A DNA stretch of 64,000 nt, taken from positions 18,080 through 82,079 of the forward strand of contig MHHG01000073.1 in the NCBI GenBank assembly GCA_001805965.1, written 5' to 3'. Below, piece after piece: positions 60,707 to 64,000 of the stretch. Made by a program: the position numbers and the translations under genes. The DNA is from Omnitrophica WOR_2 bacterium RIFOXYA2_FULL_38_17 (GTDB lineage Bacteria > Omnitrophota > Gorgyraeia > Zapsychrales > Zapsychraceae). A model generated the notes under the pieces. That model searched no databases, had not been told where the DNA came from, and saw nothing but the letters and a program-made list of their open reading frames with translations. Within the stretch, counting starts at the first letter, position 1, and every line of letters starts with the position of its first letter.

Positions 60707-61722
60707 GCCTTTACCCCTTTTTCACCGTAAAGTTCTTTTTCAACCAGCTTCATATCAGAATCAACCATCATCTTAACCAAGCCTTTGAAGTCAACCTTAG
60801 GCTTCCATTTAAGTATCTTTCTCGCCTTCGTACTGTCTCCCAGCAAATAATTGACTTCTGTCGGCCGAAAATATCTTTTGTCTATCTCAACATACTTATT
60901 CCAATCCAGCCCGGCATATCCAAAAGCCTCTTCTAAAAATTGACGGACAGAGTATGTCTTTCCGGTGGCAATAACAAAATCTTGTGGCTTATCTGCCTGC
61001 AGCATTAACCACATTGCCTCGACATAATCACCGGCAAATCCCCAATCCCTTTTTGCATCCAGATTTCCTAAATATAATTTTTCCTGAACCCCGTGTTTGA
61101 TCCTCGCCAATGCCATAGTGATCTTTCTTGTAACAAAGGTTTCCCCTCGCCTCGGAGATTCATGATTGAACAATATGCCGTTACAGGCAAACATATTGTA
61201 AGCCTCTCTGTAGTTTACTGTCATCCAATAAGCATATATCTTTGCTGCAGCATACGGGCTGCGCGGATAAAAAGGAGTTTTCTCGCTTTGCATTTTATCA
61301 TCGGTCATTCCATACATTTCAGAACTTGATGCCTGATAGAACTTAGTTTTGATACCTGAATCACGGATAGCTTCAAGTAACCTTGTCGTCCCAAGAGCAA
61401 CAATTTCTCCGGTGTACTCCGGAACATCAAAACTGACCCTGACATGGCTTTGCGCGCCAAGATTATAGATCTCATGAGGGCTTACTGTCTTGATGATCCT
61501 GTTCAATGAACTTGCATCATTAAGATCCCCATAAACCAGCTTAAGCCTTACATTTTTCTCATGAGGGTCCTGGTAGATATGATCAATTCTATTCGTATTG
61601 AAGGATGAAGATCTTCGAATAAGGCCATAAACCTCATAGTCCTTTTTAAGCAGGAACTCTGTCAAGTATGAACCATCCTGGCCTGTTATTCCTGTAATTA
61701 ATGCGCGTTTTCTTTTTGCCAT
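60703..61722 (-). CDS. gmd: GDP-mannose 4,6-dehydratase
   Basis: [54 protein letters not shown] and RDWG. Confidence 0.97.
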
Positions 61723-61832
61723 TATTATCTCCCAGGTGATTAGCAAAGCTAATCACCGATAAGGTGCTGATGTGCCAACTTAACGGCAATGGCAGTTAAG
61801 CTTATTATCAGCACCGCGTAATTAATTGATCA

Positions 61833-63155
61833 TCATTTCGTAGTAATACTAGATATATCTCTTTTATCTTTTTCGTCTTTTATTAAAATATTACAAATTG
61901 CCATTTCAAGCGCTATCATCGACCATAAGAACATTGATAATTGAAGTGAATAAAGATCCGTATCAAAGAAACTGTGAAAAAGTAATCCGAATATTCCAGC
62001 AGCTATCCCAACACTGACTATCCTTAAGTTATTGCTACCCATCAAACGCACAGATATTGAATGAGTAATTTTTTTAAATATGCTAATAATGATCCACAAA
62101 AAACAGATCAAACCCAATAATCCGGTTTCTGCTGCTATTTGAATGTAACAGTTATGAGCATAAGTAGGATTTGCCGATGGAATCTTTCTAAATTTCTGAA
62201 ATTCATTTGCAAATGTATTTATCCCATATCCCAAAAACGGCTTATTCTTTATCATCTCAATACTTTCCTTCCAAACACCAACTCTCCATGCAACAGTATT
62301 TGCCCTATTCAATTCTTTTGAGCCAAAATTCTTTTTCATCCTTAATCCTACAAATAAACTGATTACCAGAATTGCAATAACAAACAACAAACCAACACTG
62401 ACCAACTTCTTATTTTTGATAACAGAAAATAAGACAAAGAACAAAACAGCAACCGAAGCCGCCACCCACGCACCTCGCGAATAAGTAATCAACAACGACC
62501 AACACATGCAGAAAACTATTATCATTAATAATAATCTGAATAAAAATTTCTTAGATCTCTGGAAAGCCATTGAAAGAACAACTGGAATAGCAACAACAAG
62601 ATATGCACCTAGACTGTTAGCAGTTTTAAATGCAGCAGTCGCCCTGTCGTTATTAAACGCTTCCTGTCCATTAAAAATATCCCTAAATGTAATATAATGC
62701 TGAATAAAACTGTCAATTACTGTTGAGAAAGCAGTAAATGTCAATACCCCCAGAGCAATAAAAACCTGCTTTTTATCCGTGAAAACCTCGACTATTACAA
62801 AAAATATCAGGTAAACTTCTAATGTTTTTGCAAAAAAACTAAATGCAGAGATTGCAGGAGAAACACTCCAAAGCGCAGAAAAGACACAAGCAAGTAAAAA
62901 ATAATAAATGGGCCTATTTATCCCGCTACAAATTGGTTTAAAAGCTTTAAGAAACATTAATGCCTTACAACCAAGATTCATGCCAGTCTTGTCACTTTTG
63001 ACAAAGATCAAGACCCTTTTTATCATCCAAAAGAAAAAGCAAAAACCAAAGCTGCTTTCTATCGCAGCGTTGCTGTAAGGTATCCAAAATATCAGCACGT
63101 AAAAGAAGAACCTTATCGCCACATCTAATTTTTCAATAAAATAATCTATTTTCAT
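61833..63155 (-). CDS. O-antigen ligase / Wzy_C family protein
   Basis: RATAAF..ANSL, TYSRGAW, R..VW...I...PFLGYG and YAHNCYIQIAAETGLLG. Confidence 0.85.
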   Translation of the reverse strand: MKIDYFIEKLDVAIRFFFYVLIFWIPYSNAAIESSFGFCFFFWMIKRVLIFVKSDKTGMNLGCKALMFLKAFKPICSGINRPIYYFLLACVFSALWSVSPAISAFSFFAKTLEVYLIFFVIVEVFTDKKQVFIALGVLTFTAFSTVIDSFIQHYITFRDIFNGQEAFNNDRATAAFKTANSLGAYLVVAIPVVLSMAFQRSKKFLFRLLLMIIVFCMCWSLLITYSRGAWVAASVAVLFFVLFSVIKNKKLVSVGLLFVIAILVISLFVGLRMKKNFGSKELNRANTVAWRVGVWKESIEMIKNKPFLGYGINTFANEFQKFRKIPSANPTYAHNCYIQIAAETGLLGLICFLWIIISIFKKITHSISVRLMGSNNLRIVSVGIAAGIFGLLFHSFFDTDLYSLQLSMFLWSMIALEMAICNILIKDEKDKRDISSITTK

Positions 63156-63181
63156 AAAAATAATAAATCTTAAGAAGGCTC

Positions 63182-64000
63182 TTAATAAGCACCCTTACCT
63201 TTAAGAACCACAGGTATTGTTTGTAAAAGAATATTGAAGTCCAGCCAGAATGACCAATTATTAATGTACCACATATCCCATTTAACCAGTCGGGCAAATG
63301 AAATGTCACTTCGTCCCCTGATCTGCCAAAGGCCTGTTATTCCAGGCCTGACTTCTAGCCGCATTAATTGCCTCAAATCTTCCTTCCTGATCTGCTCAAT
63401 TGGAAGCGGGCGCGGCCCAACTAGGCTCATGTCACCTTTGATCACATTAATGATCTGAGGCAGTTCATCTAAACTGTAGCGCCTTAAAATAACTCCGAGC
63501 TTTGTTATTCTGGGATCCTTTTTGATTTTGAAGATCGGCCCATCTGCTTCATTCTGATCCAAATAATCACTTAATTTTGCATCCGCATCACTTACCATGC
63601 TCCTGAATTTCAGCATATTAAACTTCTTTCCACCTCTGCCAAAACGCTTTGAGAGATAAAATACCGGACCTGGCGTATCCATTTTGATCATAACTGCCAA
63701 GAAAATAAAAACAGGCGACATCAAAAGCAACAAAATAGATGCCAAAACAAAATCAAACAGCCTTTTCCCAAACTGCCTGTGAAATCTTTCCCCGTTAGAA
63801 TATTCAAGTATCGGCACTATTCCTATATTATATTTAAAGAACTCACCGCTCATCAATTCAAAGCCCTGAGGTACAACTCGAACAGCAATCCCCATATCAT
63901 TGGCCTGCTTCAATAACTTCATAAATATTTTGCCTTCACTGTGTGTAGCAATATAGATCTTACTGACAAACTCACGCCTTGCGATCTTAACAAAATCCGC
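63182..64000 (-). CDS. Undecaprenyl-phosphate phosphoglycosyltransferase (WcaJ/WbaP-type sugar transferase); partial, starts beyond the window's right edge
   Basis: KRLFD, KFRSM, DPRIT, SLDELPQ, GDMSLVGPRP and PGITGLWQ; the frame stays open from 63922 to 64000. Confidence 0.9.
   Translation of the reverse strand, partial: ADFVKIARREFVSKIYIATHSEGKIFMKLLKQANDMGIAVRVVPQGFELMSGEFFKYNIGIVPILEYSNGERFHRQFGKRLFDFVLASILLLLMSPVFIFLAVMIKMDTPGPVFYLSKRFGRGGKKFNMLKFRSMVSDADAKLSDYLDQNEADGPIFKIKKDPRITKLGVILRRYSLDELPQIINVIKGDMSLVGPRPLPIEQIRKEDLRQLMRLEVRPGITGLWQIRGRSDISFARLVKWDMWYINNWSFWLDFNILLQTIPVVLKGKGAY

Overview
This is a low-GC bacterial chromosomal window with nearly all genes on the minus strand. Gene content and the paralogous modular proteins suggest a PVC-superphylum organism, most likely Candidatus Omnitrophota (OP3); that assignment is an inference, not a database result. 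Most of the window is housekeeping: plsY, pgsA, lepB-lepA-cmk, aromatic amino acid genes (tyrA, aroF, hisC, pheA), scpB, ruvA/ruvC, yebC, RNase P RNA, rnhA, tRNA-Ile(CAT), rpoD-dnaG, smc, bcd-etfBA, glgC, a peptide ABC transporter, secG-tpiA-pgk, an ABC-F ATPase and a surface-glycan locus. The standout is a pair of large exported proteins (34583-37531 and 51738-55277). They share a ~350-aa N-terminal domain and a ~60-aa C-terminal 'GGID(F/L)N...GF.PVIIN.TP' domain but carry unrelated enzymatic cargos (an HD-family hydrolase and a GT5 glycogen synthase) bracketed by a short D-x-[S/A]-[M/I]-L-G motif. This looks like a polymorphic carrier/cargo export system. Other oddities are an SMC with a severely reduced hinge, an ScpB with a long acidic extension, an enlarged RNase P RNA lacking P13/P14 whose 5' end also encodes the C-terminus of RNase HI, two families of intergenic palindromic repeats, and five GT-C-like membrane proteins.
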